A stretch of DNA of 64,000 bases from Lachnospira sp. UBA3212 (GTDB lineage: Bacteria > Bacillota > Clostridia > Lachnospirales > Lachnospiraceae). The notes under the pieces were generated by a model. That model did not search any database. It was not told the origin of the DNA and was given only the letters and a program-made list of their open reading frames with translations. The position numbers and the translations under genes are program-made. Location of the stretch: the NCBI GenBank assembly GCA_002363615.1, contig DEWK01000019.1, forward strand, positions 10,745 through 74,744, given 5' to 3'. Below, in pieces: positions 1-9,254 of the stretch; the first letter of the stretch is position 1; each line of letters opens with the position of its first letter.

Positions 1-1
1 C

Positions 2-940
2 AATGGAGATCTTTGGATGACCTATGGTTCATGGTCAGGTGGTATCTATGCAATTAAGCTTGATCCAAATACCGGTCTTAGAGATTACAATACAAAGTAT
101 GAATTAGATAACAACTATGCAGATGGTAACGGTTCTGATCCATACATGGGAATTAAGCTTGCCGGTGGTTACTTCGCATCCGGTGAGGCTTCTTACGTAG
201 TAAAGGTTGGAGATTACTGGTACCTGTTTGTTACCAACGGTGGATTATCATCTACTGGTGGCTACAATATGAGAGAGTTCCGTGCAGAAAGCTTAACCGG
301 ACCTTACCTTGACAAGAAGGGCAATCAGGCACTTTTAACTTCCGGAGAAGATAACATTAACAATAACCGTGGTATCCGTCTGATGGGTGGATATAAGTGG
401 TCTGTAATGGGCAAGGGTGAACTTGCACAGGGTCACAATTCAGCATTTGTAGATTCCAATGGTAACGCTTATCTTGTATACCACACCAGATTTGATGATG
501 GTGGAGAAGGACATCAGGTAAGAGTTCATTCTCTTTATCAGACGGAAGATAACTGGTTAGTAGCTGCTCCATTTAGAACTTCAGCAGATGATGAAGTTTC
601 AGCAAGTGGCTATGATACCGCAGATCTCGCTGGTGATTATGAATTCATTTATCACAAGCTTGATATCCAGTATGCAACAAGAGAGGTAGTTGAGCCTGTA
701 AGTATTACTCTTACCGAGGATGGTAAGGTAGAAGGCGACTACACAGGTACTTGGGAGATGACCTCTGGTACTCCATATGTCACCATGACCTTAAAGGATT
801 CAAGTGGCAAGGAAGTTGTTTACACTGGTGTATTTGCTTGGAATGATTACGATGGTTATTCTACAAAGACTATGACCTTCTCAATTGTTGGTGAAGACAA
901 TATCACCGCTTGGGGAGCAAAGAGACCGGAAGGAAAATAA
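2..940 (+). CDS. Glycoside hydrolase family 43-like enzyme, C-terminal part (5'-truncated at window edge)
   Basis: The frame stays open to the window start (NGDLW precedes the first Met at 17). Motifs typical of GH43 propeller enzymes are present (GSWSGGIYAIKLD, YWYLFVTNGG, GHNSAFVD, YLVYHTRF), followed by a ~100-aa beta-rich tail. A hairpin terminator lies downstream. Confidence 0.7.
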   Translation, partial: NGDLWMTYGSWSGGIYAIKLDPNTGLRDYNTKYELDNNYADGNGSDPYMGIKLAGGYFASGEASYVVKVGDYWYLFVTNGGLSSTGGYNMREFRAESLTGPYLDKKGNQALLTSGEDNINNNRGIRLMGGYKWSVMGKGELAQGHNSAFVDSNGNAYLVYHTRFDDGGEGHQVRVHSLYQTEDNWLVAAPFRTSADDEVSASGYDTADLAGDYEFIYHKLDIQYATREVVEPVSITLTEDGKVEGDYTGTWEMTSGTPYVTMTLKDSSGKEVVYTGVFAWNDYDGYSTKTMTFSIVGEDNITAWGAKRPEGK

Positions 941-954
941 ATAAAATAATAGAA

Positions 955-991
955 GGCGGTTGATAGGAATCCTCTTATCAACCGTCTTTTT
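955..991 (+). terminator. Rho-independent terminator after the GH43 gene
   Basis: Stem CGGTTGATA (957-965) pairs with TATCAACCG (976-984), followed by a T-run. Confidence 0.7.
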
Positions 992-993
992 CA

Positions 994-1022
994 TGGACAG
1001 AAATCCACCTTTATGGTAGAGT
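994..1022 (+). promoter_or_regulatory. Putative sigma-A promoter for the acyltransferase gene
   Basis: TGGACA, 17 nt spacer, TAGAGT, with TGn immediately upstream of the -10 (extended -10). Confidence 0.4.
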
Positions 1023-1056
1023 GATACAGGAATGATGAAGGAAAGGAGTTTCTCCC

Positions 1057-2235
1057 GTGGGAAATGAATTAAAGACAAATACAAAGAAGCGAGTGGCGTA
1101 TTTGGATATGACAAAGGGTTTGGGAATCTTTATGATTACCTATGGTCATATTACCGCCCTTGGAAATCCGGTGGATGAATGGATGTCTCTCTTTAAGGTT
1201 TCAATTTTCTATGTGGTGGCAGGTTATATGATTGCCATGTCAGGAAAGAAGGACAAAACTACCTGGGGGGCCTACAGTCTCCATGTGTTAAAAGGGCTCG
1301 GAATCCCTTATATTACCTTGGGACTGGCAGCAGCCATTGTAAGGCCTATGACCATGTTTTTAAAAGGCCGAGACTGGATGTACGAGTTAAAATTACGCTT
1401 GTTTGAAATCATAAGCCTTCATGGGGTTTCGGCCCTTTGGTTTTTACCAACCCTTTTTGTAGGGCAGGTGGTTTATTTTGCTATTCTTAGGATTAAAAAG
1501 AAAGAAGTTCGATTTGCAGTTATGGGATTTACCTGGATTTGGCCGATTGTTCTTGGCTTGCTTACCCAAAAGCAAATGGGAATTTTTAAAGGAGACCTTG
1601 CCGCAGGAACCTTGTCGAACCGATACTTTATGTTAGTGACCTATCCTTTTTTAGCAATCGCTAAGGGCTTGGTTGCGGTTTGGTTCTTACAGGCCGGATA
1701 CTTGGGATATGAGGCTTTCAGGTGGGCAATGGCGAAACTTCAGGGGGTAAAACCGGAAGAGATTCCCGCCAGTTTGTTGGCAGATCAGGGATCCAAGCTT
1801 AGTTATCTTAAGTTTGCCTTAGGCTTAGGTCTTAGTCTTTTTACCATTTGGTTTACCAAGTACAATCCTCATATTGATTTTAATGGTATGACCATTGGGG
1901 AAGGACTTTCCTCTTATGCTTTTTTCTTAGGAGGTATTACCGGTTCCTATGGTGCCCTTTTGGTTTTTGAATTTTTAGAACACTACTTTAAATTGGAACT
2001 TTTTACCTACTTTGGAAAAAATTCCCTAATCTTAATGGGAACCCAGCGGGGACTTATGATTATCAATCTGGCTGTAGCAGGATGGAAGTCGGTAGTAAAA
2101 TTGGAATCAGGGGTTTGCGGCAGATATTATTTGGAATGTCTGGCTATTCTGAGTTTGGTTTTACTTATGACCTACGGAATCATTGAATTCATTCAGGGAA
2201 AAGCCCCATGGATCATAGGAAAAAAGAAAAAGTAG
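1057..2235 (+). CDS. Acyltransferase family 3 integral membrane protein (putative glycan O-acyltransferase)
   Basis: 392-aa polytopic ORF. The N-terminal RVAYLDMTKGLGIFMITYGH matches the acyltransferase_3 signature (R..yLD..kG...H). It uses a GTG start 8 nt after GGAAAGGAG; the first in-frame ATG would delete the conserved motif. Confidence 0.7.
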   Translation: MGNELKTNTKKRVAYLDMTKGLGIFMITYGHITALGNPVDEWMSLFKVSIFYVVAGYMIAMSGKKDKTTWGAYSLHVLKGLGIPYITLGLAAAIVRPMTMFLKGRDWMYELKLRLFEIISLHGVSALWFLPTLFVGQVVYFAILRIKKKEVRFAVMGFTWIWPIVLGLLTQKQMGIFKGDLAAGTLSNRYFMLVTYPFLAIAKGLVAVWFLQAGYLGYEAFRWAMAKLQGVKPEEIPASLLADQGSKLSYLKFALGLGLSLFTIWFTKYNPHIDFNGMTIGEGLSSYAFFLGGITGSYGALLVFEFLEHYFKLELFTYFGKNSLILMGTQRGLMIINLAVAGWKSVVKLESGVCGRYYLECLAILSLVLLMTYGIIEFIQGKAPWIIGKKKK

Positions 2236-2259
2236 TGAAGAATTTGAAAAAAGATAGGT

Positions 2260-2297
2260 GAGCGACTTGGTTTGTGCAAGACGCTCGCTTTTTTTTG
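2260..2297 (+). terminator. Rho-independent terminator
   Basis: GAGCGACTTGG and CAAGACGCTC form a hairpin with one mismatch, followed by T8. Confidence 0.7.
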
Positions 2298-2309
2298 ACT
2301 TTTCATTGG

Positions 2310-2338
2310 TTTACAAACATTTTTTACAATGGTAGAAT
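2310..2338 (+). promoter_or_regulatory. Putative sigma-A promoter of nifJ
   Basis: TTTACA, 17 nt spacer, TAGAAT, preceded by TGg (extended -10). It lies 45 nt upstream of the nifJ RBS AAGGAGG. Confidence 0.55.
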
Positions 2339-2383
2339 AGAGGTAAGATTTTTTAGATTACATTTGTATTAAGGAGGTATTTT

Positions 2384-5300
2384 ATGTCAAGAGCAAAACA
2401 ATCGATGGATGGAAATACCGCTGCAGCACACGTAGCATATGCGTATACTGAAGTAGCGGCTATCTATCCTATCACACCTTCTAGTCCAATGGCAGATTCT
2501 ATTGATCAGTGGTCTGCTTTAGAACAGAAGAACATTTTCGGTAATAAGGTGAAGGTAGTAGAGATGCAATCGGAGGCGGGTGCTTCCGGTGCGGTACATG
2601 GTTCTTTAGCAGCCGGTGCCATTACTACCACCTTTACAGCATCACAAGGTCTTTTACTGATGATTCCTAATATGTATAAGATTGCAGCAGAGCAGCTTCC
2701 TTGCGTGTTTGATGTATCAGCACGTACCGTTGCAACCCAGTCTTTGAATATTTTCGGTGATCACAGTGATGTGTACGCTTGTCGTCAAACCGGATTTGCT
2801 ATGCTTTGTGAGACTAATCCACAGGAAGTTATGGACTTAAGCCCGGTTGCTCATCTTTCAGCAATCGAAGGAAAGGTTCCATTTATTAACTTCTTTGATG
2901 GATTCCGTACTTCTCATGAGATTCAGAAGATCGAGAAGTGGGATTATGAGGACCTAAAGGAGATGTGCAATTTAGAGGCTGTAAAGGAATTCCGTGACCA
3001 TGCCTTAAATCCAAACCATCCAGCTATGAGAGGCTCTCACGAGAATGGGGATGTCTTCTTCCAGCATAGAGAGGCTTGTAACACCAAGTACAACGAGCTT
3101 CCTGCCGTTGTTGAGAAGTACATGGCAAAGGTGAATGAAAAGTTAGGAACCGATTACGGTCTCTTTAATTATTATGGTGCACCAGATGCAGAACGTATTA
3201 TCGTTGCCATGGGTTCTGTGAATGATGTGATCGATGAGGTAATTGATTACTTGCTAGCAAAGGGCGAAAAGGTAGGTTCTATTAAGGTTCGTCTCTATCG
3301 TCCATGGGTTCCGGAAGCTCTTGTTAAGGTAATTCCTAAGACCGCTAAGAAGATTGCAGTGTTAGATCGTACCAAGGAAGCTGGTTCTTTTGGTGAGCCA
3401 CTTTACTTAGACGTAGCTGCTACCTTAAGACAAGCTGGGTTAAACGATATTATTTTAACAGGTGGTCGTTATGGACTGGGAAGCAAGGATACTCCGCCTT
3501 CTTCCATCTTTGCTCTTTATAAGGAACTGGAGAAGGATGCACCAAAGGAAAGATTTACCATCGGTATCGTAGATGATGTGACCAATCTTTCACTTCCGGA
3601 GGTTAAGCCTGCTCCAATCACTTCTGCACCTGGAACAAAGGAATGTAAATTCTGGGGTCTTGGTGGAGATGGTACCGTAGGTGCTAATAAGAACTCTACA
3701 AAGATCATTGGTGATCATACAGACAAGTACATTCAGGCGTATTTCCAGTATGATTCAAAGAAGACCGGTGGTATTACCATTTCCCACTTGAGATTTGGTG
3801 ATCAGCCAATTAAGAGTCCATATTATATTAATCAGGCTGACTTCGTGGCATGCCATAACCCATCTTATGTTTTAAACGGCTATAAGATGGTTCAGGATGT
3901 AAAGCCAGGTGGCATCTTTATGATTAACTGTCAGTGGTCAGATGAAGAATTAGACGAAAAGTTAGATGCAGCTTCTAAGAAGTACATCTATGATAATAAG
4001 ATTAAGCTTTATACCATTAATGCCATTGATAAGGCCATTGAGATTGGTATGGGTAAGAGAACCAATACCATCTTGCAGTCAGCATTCTTTAAGCTTGCCA
4101 ATATTATGCCAATTGAAGAGGCGGTTGAATATATGAAGTCAGCAGCTAAGAAGTCTTATGGTAAGAAGGGTGATGCGGTAGTTGAAATGAATTATCGCGC
4201 CATTGACGCCGGTGTAGATGCGGTTCATGAGGTGAGTGTTCCAGAGTCTTGGGCAAATCCTGCTGCCGATCCAGTTCCTAAGAAGCTTACCGGTAGAGAA
4301 GCTACCGTAGATATGGTAGAGAAATTGATGATTCCAATTTCTAAGATGGATGGTGACAATCTTCCTGTATCTGCATTTGCAGATCGTGCAGATGGTCAGT
4401 TTGAACTTGGTGCTTCCGCTTACGAGAAGAGAGGTACCGCGGTTATGGTTCCTACCTGGGATCCGGAGGCTTGTATCCAGTGTAACAACTGTGCCTTTGT
4501 ATGTTCTCATGCAACCATCCGTCCATTTATGTTAAGTCAGGATGAGATTGATGCGGCTCCTGCCGATATTAAGCTTGCAGATCTGAAGCCAAAGCCGGGA
4601 GAATACAAGTTCACCATGAGCGTATCTGCCCTTGATTGTATGGGTTGTGGCGAATGTGTAACCGTATGTCCTAAGGCTGGAACTGCTATTAAGATGGTTC
4701 CAAGAGAAGAGGAAGAGTACTTACAGCCAGTCTTTGATTACCTGGTTGCTAATGTGGGAAGAAAGGATGCTGCTCCTGCTGATACAACGCCTAAGGGTTC
4801 TCAGTTTAACCAGCCACTTCTTGAGTTCTCAGGCTCTTGTGCAGGTTGTGCAGAGACCTCTTATGCCAGACTTGTTACCCAGCTCTTTGGTGAGCATATG
4901 TATATTGCTAATGCAACAGGATGTTCTTCTATCTGGGGTGGTCCTGCTGCTACAGCACCATATACCGTTAATAAAGACAGCAAGAAGGGACCTGCTTGGT
5001 CTAACTCACTCTTTGAGGATAATGCCGAATATGGTCTTGGTATGGAAGTTGCTCAGAAGGTAATTCGTAGCCAGTTGATTGATAAGATCAATGCTATGAC
5101 CGAAAGTGACAAGGCCAGTGATGAATTTAAGGCTGCGGTTGCAGGCTTTATGGACACGGTCAATGACACCAAGAAGAATTCTCAGGCAACCGATGTTTTG
5201 GTGGCAGAGCTTGAGAAGGCAGCAGCCAATGGATGCCCAGATGCTAAAGCAGTTCTTGAGAAGAAGGACTATCTTGCAAAGAAGTCTGTATGGATCTTCG

Positions 5301-5935
5301 GTGGTGACGGATGGGCTTATGATATTGGTTTCGGTGGTTTGGACCACGTACTTGCCTCAGGAGAGAATGTGAATGTCTTAGTATTTGATACCGAGATGTA
5401 TTCTAATACAGGTGGTCAGGCTTCTAAGGCTTCGAATATTGGTGAGGTTTGTCAGTTTGCTGCTGCCGGTAAGGAAATCGGTAAGAAGTCTCTTGCAGAA
5501 ATCGCTATGTCTTATGGATATGTTTATGTGGCACAGATTGCCCTTGGTGCAAACCCAGCTCAGACCATTAAGGTTCTCACAGAGGCTGAGGCATACAATG
5601 GACCTTCCTTAATCATCGGTTACGCTCCATGTGAGCTTCACGGTGTAAAGGGTGGTATGAACCACTGTCAGGATGAAATGAAGGCAGCTGTTAAGGCTGG
5701 TTATTGGAACCTCTTCTCATTCAACCCAGCGCTTAAGGCAGAAGGTAAGAATCCATTTACTCTTACTTCAAAGGCTGGCGACGGAAGTTATCAGGACTTC
5801 TTGAATAATGAGACTCGTTACACAAGACTAACCAGATCCTTCCCAGATCGTGCAGAAATCTTATTTGCTAAGTCTGAAGAGACTGCAAAGGCACGTTTCG
5901 AGCACTTACAGAAGCTGGTTGAATTATATAAGTAA
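2384..5935 (+). CDS. nifJ: Pyruvate:ferredoxin (flavodoxin) oxidoreductase
   Basis: 1183-aa single-chain PFOR. The N-terminus MDGNTAAAHVAYAYTEVAAIYPITPSS is typical. Two ferredoxin-type Cys clusters are present (CIQCNNCAFVCSHA and CMGCGECVTVCP), as is the TPP-binding region GGDGWAYDIGFGGLDH. Confidence 0.97.
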   Translation: MSRAKQSMDGNTAAAHVAYAYTEVAAIYPITPSSPMADSIDQWSALEQKNIFGNKVKVVEMQSEAGASGAVHGSLAAGAITTTFTASQGLLLMIPNMYKIAAEQLPCVFDVSARTVATQSLNIFGDHSDVYACRQTGFAMLCETNPQEVMDLSPVAHLSAIEGKVPFINFFDGFRTSHEIQKIEKWDYEDLKEMCNLEAVKEFRDHALNPNHPAMRGSHENGDVFFQHREACNTKYNELPAVVEKYMAKVNEKLGTDYGLFNYYGAPDAERIIVAMGSVNDVIDEVIDYLLAKGEKVGSIKVRLYRPWVPEALVKVIPKTAKKIAVLDRTKEAGSFGEPLYLDVAATLRQAGLNDIILTGGRYGLGSKDTPPSSIFALYKELEKDAPKERFTIGIVDDVTNLSLPEVKPAPITSAPGTKECKFWGLGGDGTVGANKNSTKIIGDHTDKYIQAYFQYDSKKTGGITISHLRFGDQPIKSPYYINQADFVACHNPSYVLNGYKMVQDVKPGGIFMINCQWSDEELDEKLDAASKKYIYDNKIKLYTINAIDKAIEIGMGKRTNTILQSAFFKLANIMPIEEAVEYMKSAAKKSYGKKGDAVVEMNYRAIDAGVDAVHEVSVPESWANPAADPVPKKLTGREATVDMVEKLMIPISKMDGDNLPVSAFADRADGQFELGASAYEKRGTAVMVPTWDPEACIQCNNCAFVCSHATIRPFMLSQDEIDAAPADIKLADLKPKPGEYKFTMSVSALDCMGCGECVTVCPKAGTAIKMVPREEEEYLQPVFDYLVANVGRKDAAPADTTPKGSQFNQPLLEFSGSCAGCAETSYARLVTQLFGEHMYIANATGCSSIWGGPAATAPYTVNKDSKKGPAWSNSLFEDNAEYGLGMEVAQKVIRSQLIDKINAMTESDKASDEFKAAVAGFMDTVNDTKKNSQATDVLVAELEKAAANGCPDAKAVLEKKDYLAKKSVWIFGGDGWAYDIGFGGLDHVLASGENVNVLVFDTEMYSNTGGQASKASNIGEVCQFAAAGKEIGKKSLAEIAMSYGYVYVAQIALGANPAQTIKVLTEAEAYNGPSLIIGYAPCELHGVKGGMNHCQDEMKAAVKAGYWNLFSFNPALKAEGKNPFTLTSKAGDGSYQDFLNNETRYTRLTRSFPDRAEILFAKSEETAKARFEHLQKLVELYK

Positions 5936-5959
5936 TCGTATGATATAGGATCTTTGAAA

Positions 5960-5987
5960 GGACTGTCACTTTGTGGCAGTCTTTTTT
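5960..5987 (+). terminator. Rho-independent terminator after nifJ
   Basis: GGACTGTCAC pairs with GTGGCAGTC (one G-U pair), followed by TTTTTTG. Confidence 0.7.
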
Positions 5988-6016
5988 GTATTGCAAAAAT
6001 GGAAAAGGGGAATAAC

Positions 6017-6045
6017 TTGACAATCCTAACGTCTATACCTATAAT
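6017..6045 (+). promoter_or_regulatory. Consensus sigma-A promoter of the glycan-export operon
   Basis: Perfect TTGACA (6017-6022), 17 nt spacer, TATAAT (6040-6045). Confidence 0.7.
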
Positions 6046-6088
6046 GACCATGGGTTTGTGTTTCAATTTTTACCCCAAGGAGAAAAAC

Positions 6089-7030
6089 ATGAAAAAGAGC
6101 AGAATATTTTTTGCAATATTAATAGCAGGAATCGAACTACTTAGTTATTTTGGAGGAGCTGTCTGGTATGATATGCTTTTCTTTGGAATTGGTGGACTTC
6201 TTGTATTCTTGAAGTTTGAGGAAGTTATGAAAATACCAAGGGAGCTGTTTGCCTCCAGGGGCATGGTATTAACGCTTGCCAAGAACGATTTTAAAACCCG
6301 GTTTGCAGGATCCTATTTTGGATTCTTCTGGGCCTTGGTAAATCCTATTGTAACCGTTCTTTTGTATTATTTTATTTTTACCGTTGCCTTTCATTCAGAC
6401 CCGGTAAATGGAAAGCCTTATGTTTTGTGGATGGTAGGCGGTTTGGTTCCCTGGTTCCTCTTTCAGGAGGGCTTATCAAACGGAACCAATGCCTTGATTG
6501 AGTATACTTATCTGGTTAAAAAGGTATCCTTCCAGGTAAGTGTTTTACCGGTGATTAAAATTGTCTCAGCGTCATTTTTCCATCTTTTCTTTGTGGTTAT
6601 TATGACCTTGATTTATACCGTAATGGGGTATTTCCCGGGAATTACCATGATTCAGTTAATTTATTATTATGTATGTATGGTAGTTTTATTAATGGCCATT
6701 GATTATGCAACCTGTGCCATTGTGGTGTTCTTCCGGGATTTGGGACAGATTATTGGAATTTTCATGCAGGTATTTATGTGGTTAACCCCAATTCTTTGGA
6801 ATGATGTGACTCAGTTACAGGCATATCCTACCTTGCAGTTTATATTTAAATTAAACCCTATGTATTATGTGGTTGAGGGCTACCGTGACAGTATGTTGGA
6901 TCATATTTGGCTGGTAGAGCAGACAAGGCTTTGTCTGGGACTTTATTTCTGGGGAGCAGTAATGATCCTCTTTGTAATCGGAACCGGTATTTACAAGAAA
7001 TTGAAACCTCATTTTGCAGATGTACTTTAG
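6089..7030 (+). CDS. tagG: ABC-2 type polysaccharide/teichoic-acid export permease (Wzm/TagG-like)
   Basis: 6-TM protein with the ABC-2 motif LAKNDFKTRFAGSYFGFFWALVNP. I chose the ATG at 6089 behind AAGGAG. The longer ORF from 5954 would span the nifJ terminator and the promoter. Confidence 0.85.
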   Translation: MKKSRIFFAILIAGIELLSYFGGAVWYDMLFFGIGGLLVFLKFEEVMKIPRELFASRGMVLTLAKNDFKTRFAGSYFGFFWALVNPIVTVLLYYFIFTVAFHSDPVNGKPYVLWMVGGLVPWFLFQEGLSNGTNALIEYTYLVKKVSFQVSVLPVIKIVSASFFHLFFVVIMTLIYTVMGYFPGITMIQLIYYYVCMVVLLMAIDYATCAIVVFFRDLGQIIGIFMQVFMWLTPILWNDVTQLQAYPTLQFIFKLNPMYYVVEGYRDSMLDHIWLVEQTRLCLGLYFWGAVMILFVIGTGIYKKLKPHFADVL

Positions 7031-7043
7031 GATAGGAGAAAAC

Positions 7044-8333
7044 ATGGCAGAAGGATTAGCAATTAAGATTAGTGATATTTCTAAGGTGTATAAGTTATAT
7101 GCAAATCCCATGGATCGATTAAAGGAAGCCTTAAAAATATCTAAAAAAGTGAAATATGAGGAGTATTACGCCTTAAATCATGTAAGTTTTGATGTAAAGA
7201 AGGGAGAAACCGTTGGTTTGATCGGAACCAATGGTGCAGGTAAATCTACCCTGCTTAAGGTGGTAACCGGAGTTCTTACCCCAACTACCGGACAGGTGGA
7301 GGTAGATGGAAAAATTTCTGCCCTCCTGGAATTGGGAGCGGGTTTTAATCAGGAATATACCGGAATGGAAAACATCTACTTAAATGGTTCCATGATGGGT
7401 TACACCAAGGAGCAGATGGACCAGAAGGTAGGAGATATCACGGAATTTGCAGGAATTGGAGATTATATTAACCAGCCGGTAAAGACCTATTCTTCCGGAA
7501 TGTTTGCCAGACTGGCATTTGCGGTAGCGATTAATGTGGAGCCGGATATCTTAATCGTAGATGAGGCCCTTTCCGTAGGAGATATTTATTTCCAGGCCAA
7601 GTGCTTTAAGAAAATGGATGAGATTAAGCGGGCCGGCACAACCATTCTTTTGGTGACCCATGATATGAGTAGTATTATTAAGTACTGTGATAAGGCGGTT
7701 ATTTTAAATCACGGAACCATGGTAAGAGAGGGATCCCCAAAGGAAATGGTGGACATCTATAAGAAGATTCTGGTAAATCAGTTTGATGATCAGGAGGAAG
7801 AACAGGAAGGGTCAGAGGAAGCTTTCCCAGAAGCCAATCAGGAAGAATCGAAGGATTTATGGAAGAATCAACTTCGAATCAACGAAGATAAGCAGGATTA
7901 TGGGGACGGTAAGGTTTCCATGGTGGACTTTGGTATCTTTGACCACAGGGGAAAGGTAACCAATATGCTGATGAAGAAGAAGGACTTTTCCATTCAGATT
8001 AAGGTGACCTTCCATGAGGATGTGGAGCATCCGATTTTTGCATTTACCATTAAAAATGTAAGAGGAGCTGATATCACAGGTACCAATACTATGTTTGAAA
8101 AACAGGATTTGGAGCTTGCGAAAAAGGGTGAGACCTATGTGATTAGCTTTAAGCAAAAGATGCAGCTTCAAGGAGGAGAATACCTCTTATCTCTTGGTTG
8201 TACCGGGTTTGAAGAAGGAGAGTTTGTGGTTCATCAAAGACTTTATGATATTACGAACTTTAGTGTGATTTCTGAGCAGGATACGGTAGGAGCATATGAC
8301 TGTGAATCACAGGTTGCCATTATGCGTATTTAA
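7044..8333 (+). CDS. tagH: Polysaccharide/teichoic-acid export ABC ATPase (Wzt/TagH-like) with a C-terminal Wzt_C-like beta-rich domain
   Basis: Walker A GTNGAGKST, signature YSSGMFARLAFA and Walker B ILIVDEALSVGD are present. After an acidic linker (DDQEEEQEGSEE) comes a ~160-aa extra domain. The start at 7044 has a GGAGAA RBS. Confidence 0.85.
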   Translation: MAEGLAIKISDISKVYKLYANPMDRLKEALKISKKVKYEEYYALNHVSFDVKKGETVGLIGTNGAGKSTLLKVVTGVLTPTTGQVEVDGKISALLELGAGFNQEYTGMENIYLNGSMMGYTKEQMDQKVGDITEFAGIGDYINQPVKTYSSGMFARLAFAVAINVEPDILIVDEALSVGDIYFQAKCFKKMDEIKRAGTTILLVTHDMSSIIKYCDKAVILNHGTMVREGSPKEMVDIYKKILVNQFDDQEEEQEGSEEAFPEANQEESKDLWKNQLRINEDKQDYGDGKVSMVDFGIFDHRGKVTNMLMKKKDFSIQIKVTFHEDVEHPIFAFTIKNVRGADITGTNTMFEKQDLELAKKGETYVISFKQKMQLQGGEYLLSLGCTGFEEGEFVVHQRLYDITNFSVISEQDTVGAYDCESQVAIMRI

Positions 8334-8348
8334 GAAAGGAACAATTAG

Positions 8349-9248
8349 ATGATTGAAGACAAGCTGAACCTGAAGTTTTATACTGGGGATGATCAGTACA
8401 GTGATGGGGATATTGAAGATGAATTATTAAGAATCGTTCAGGAAGAGGAGAATTATGAGGAATTCTTAATGAAGGAGAATGATTGGGCCAAACTCTATCA
8501 TCTTTCTAAGGTAAGACAAAATATCTTGGAATGGTATCCTTTTGATCCTTTTGGAACGGTATTGGAAATTGGAGCAGGCTGTGGTGCAATTACCGGTCTT
8601 CTTTGTGAAAAGACCAAGAAGGTAACTTGTATTGATCTTTCTAAGAGACGTTCGCTGATTAACGCCAACCGAAACAAAAACCATGACAATCTGGAGATTG
8701 TGGTGGGTAATTTTAAGGATATTAGCCTGGAGGAAAAGTTTGATTATGTAACCTTAATTGGTGTCTTTGAATATTCCATCTATTACGTGGGAGGAAAGAG
8801 ACCTTTTGAGGAAATGTTAGAGCGAGCAAAATCATATTTAAAGCCAGGTGGAAAGTTAATCATTGCCATTGAGAATAAGTATGGGCTGAAATATTTTGCC
8901 GGTGCTACCGAGGATCACACTGGAGGTTATTTTGATGGAATCGAAAACTATGCTCATGTGGACCGGGTTCGTACCTTCTCAAGACAAACGTTGGAGAAAC
9001 TTCTTGTAGAGGCTGGATTTTCTACAAATGATTTTTATTATCCTATGCCAGATTATAAGATGCCTACCACGATCTATTCGGATGATTATTTGCCAGAGAT
9101 ATCTGATTTAAGGGGAACAGAGTATGCATTAGACCGAGATCGACTCCTATTTTTTAGCGAAGCATTGGCCTTTGATTCTATTTGTCAGGATCACTTATTC
9201 CCAATCTTTGCCAATTCATTTTTGGTCTTTAGCTCGAAGGAGGACTAA
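8349..9248 (+). CDS. Class I SAM-dependent methyltransferase
   Basis: Motif I is VLEIGAGCGAITGLL, followed by CIDLS and a post-I acidic residue. The gene is packed tightly between the ATPase gene and the giant GT gene. Confidence 0.8.
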   Translation: MIEDKLNLKFYTGDDQYSDGDIEDELLRIVQEEENYEEFLMKENDWAKLYHLSKVRQNILEWYPFDPFGTVLEIGAGCGAITGLLCEKTKKVTCIDLSKRRSLINANRNKNHDNLEIVVGNFKDISLEEKFDYVTLIGVFEYSIYYVGGKRPFEEMLERAKSYLKPGGKLIIAIENKYGLKYFAGATEDHTGGYFDGIENYAHVDRVRTFSRQTLEKLLVEAGFSTNDFYYPMPDYKMPTTIYSDDYLPEISDLRGTEYALDRDRLLFFSEALAFDSICQDHLFPIFANSFLVFSSKED

Positions 9249-9254
9249 TTAGAA

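Noticed and set aside
3517-5612. Seven ORFs of 61-123 aa in alternate frames or antisense inside nifJ (3517-3708, 4139-4510, 4350-4535, 4734-5063, 5006-5347, 5106-5372, 5385-5612).
   Set aside because: All are fully embedded in the 1183-aa PFOR reading frame, whose identity is unambiguous. Their translations are low-complexity (Leu/Arg/Ser-rich) and show no RBS or motifs.
5954-6088. N-terminal extension of the ABC-2 permease ORF (ORF-track start at 5954).
   Set aside because: The extension would run through the nifJ terminator and the consensus promoter at 6017-6045. The ATG at 6089 has an AAGGAG RBS and gives a normal N-terminus.
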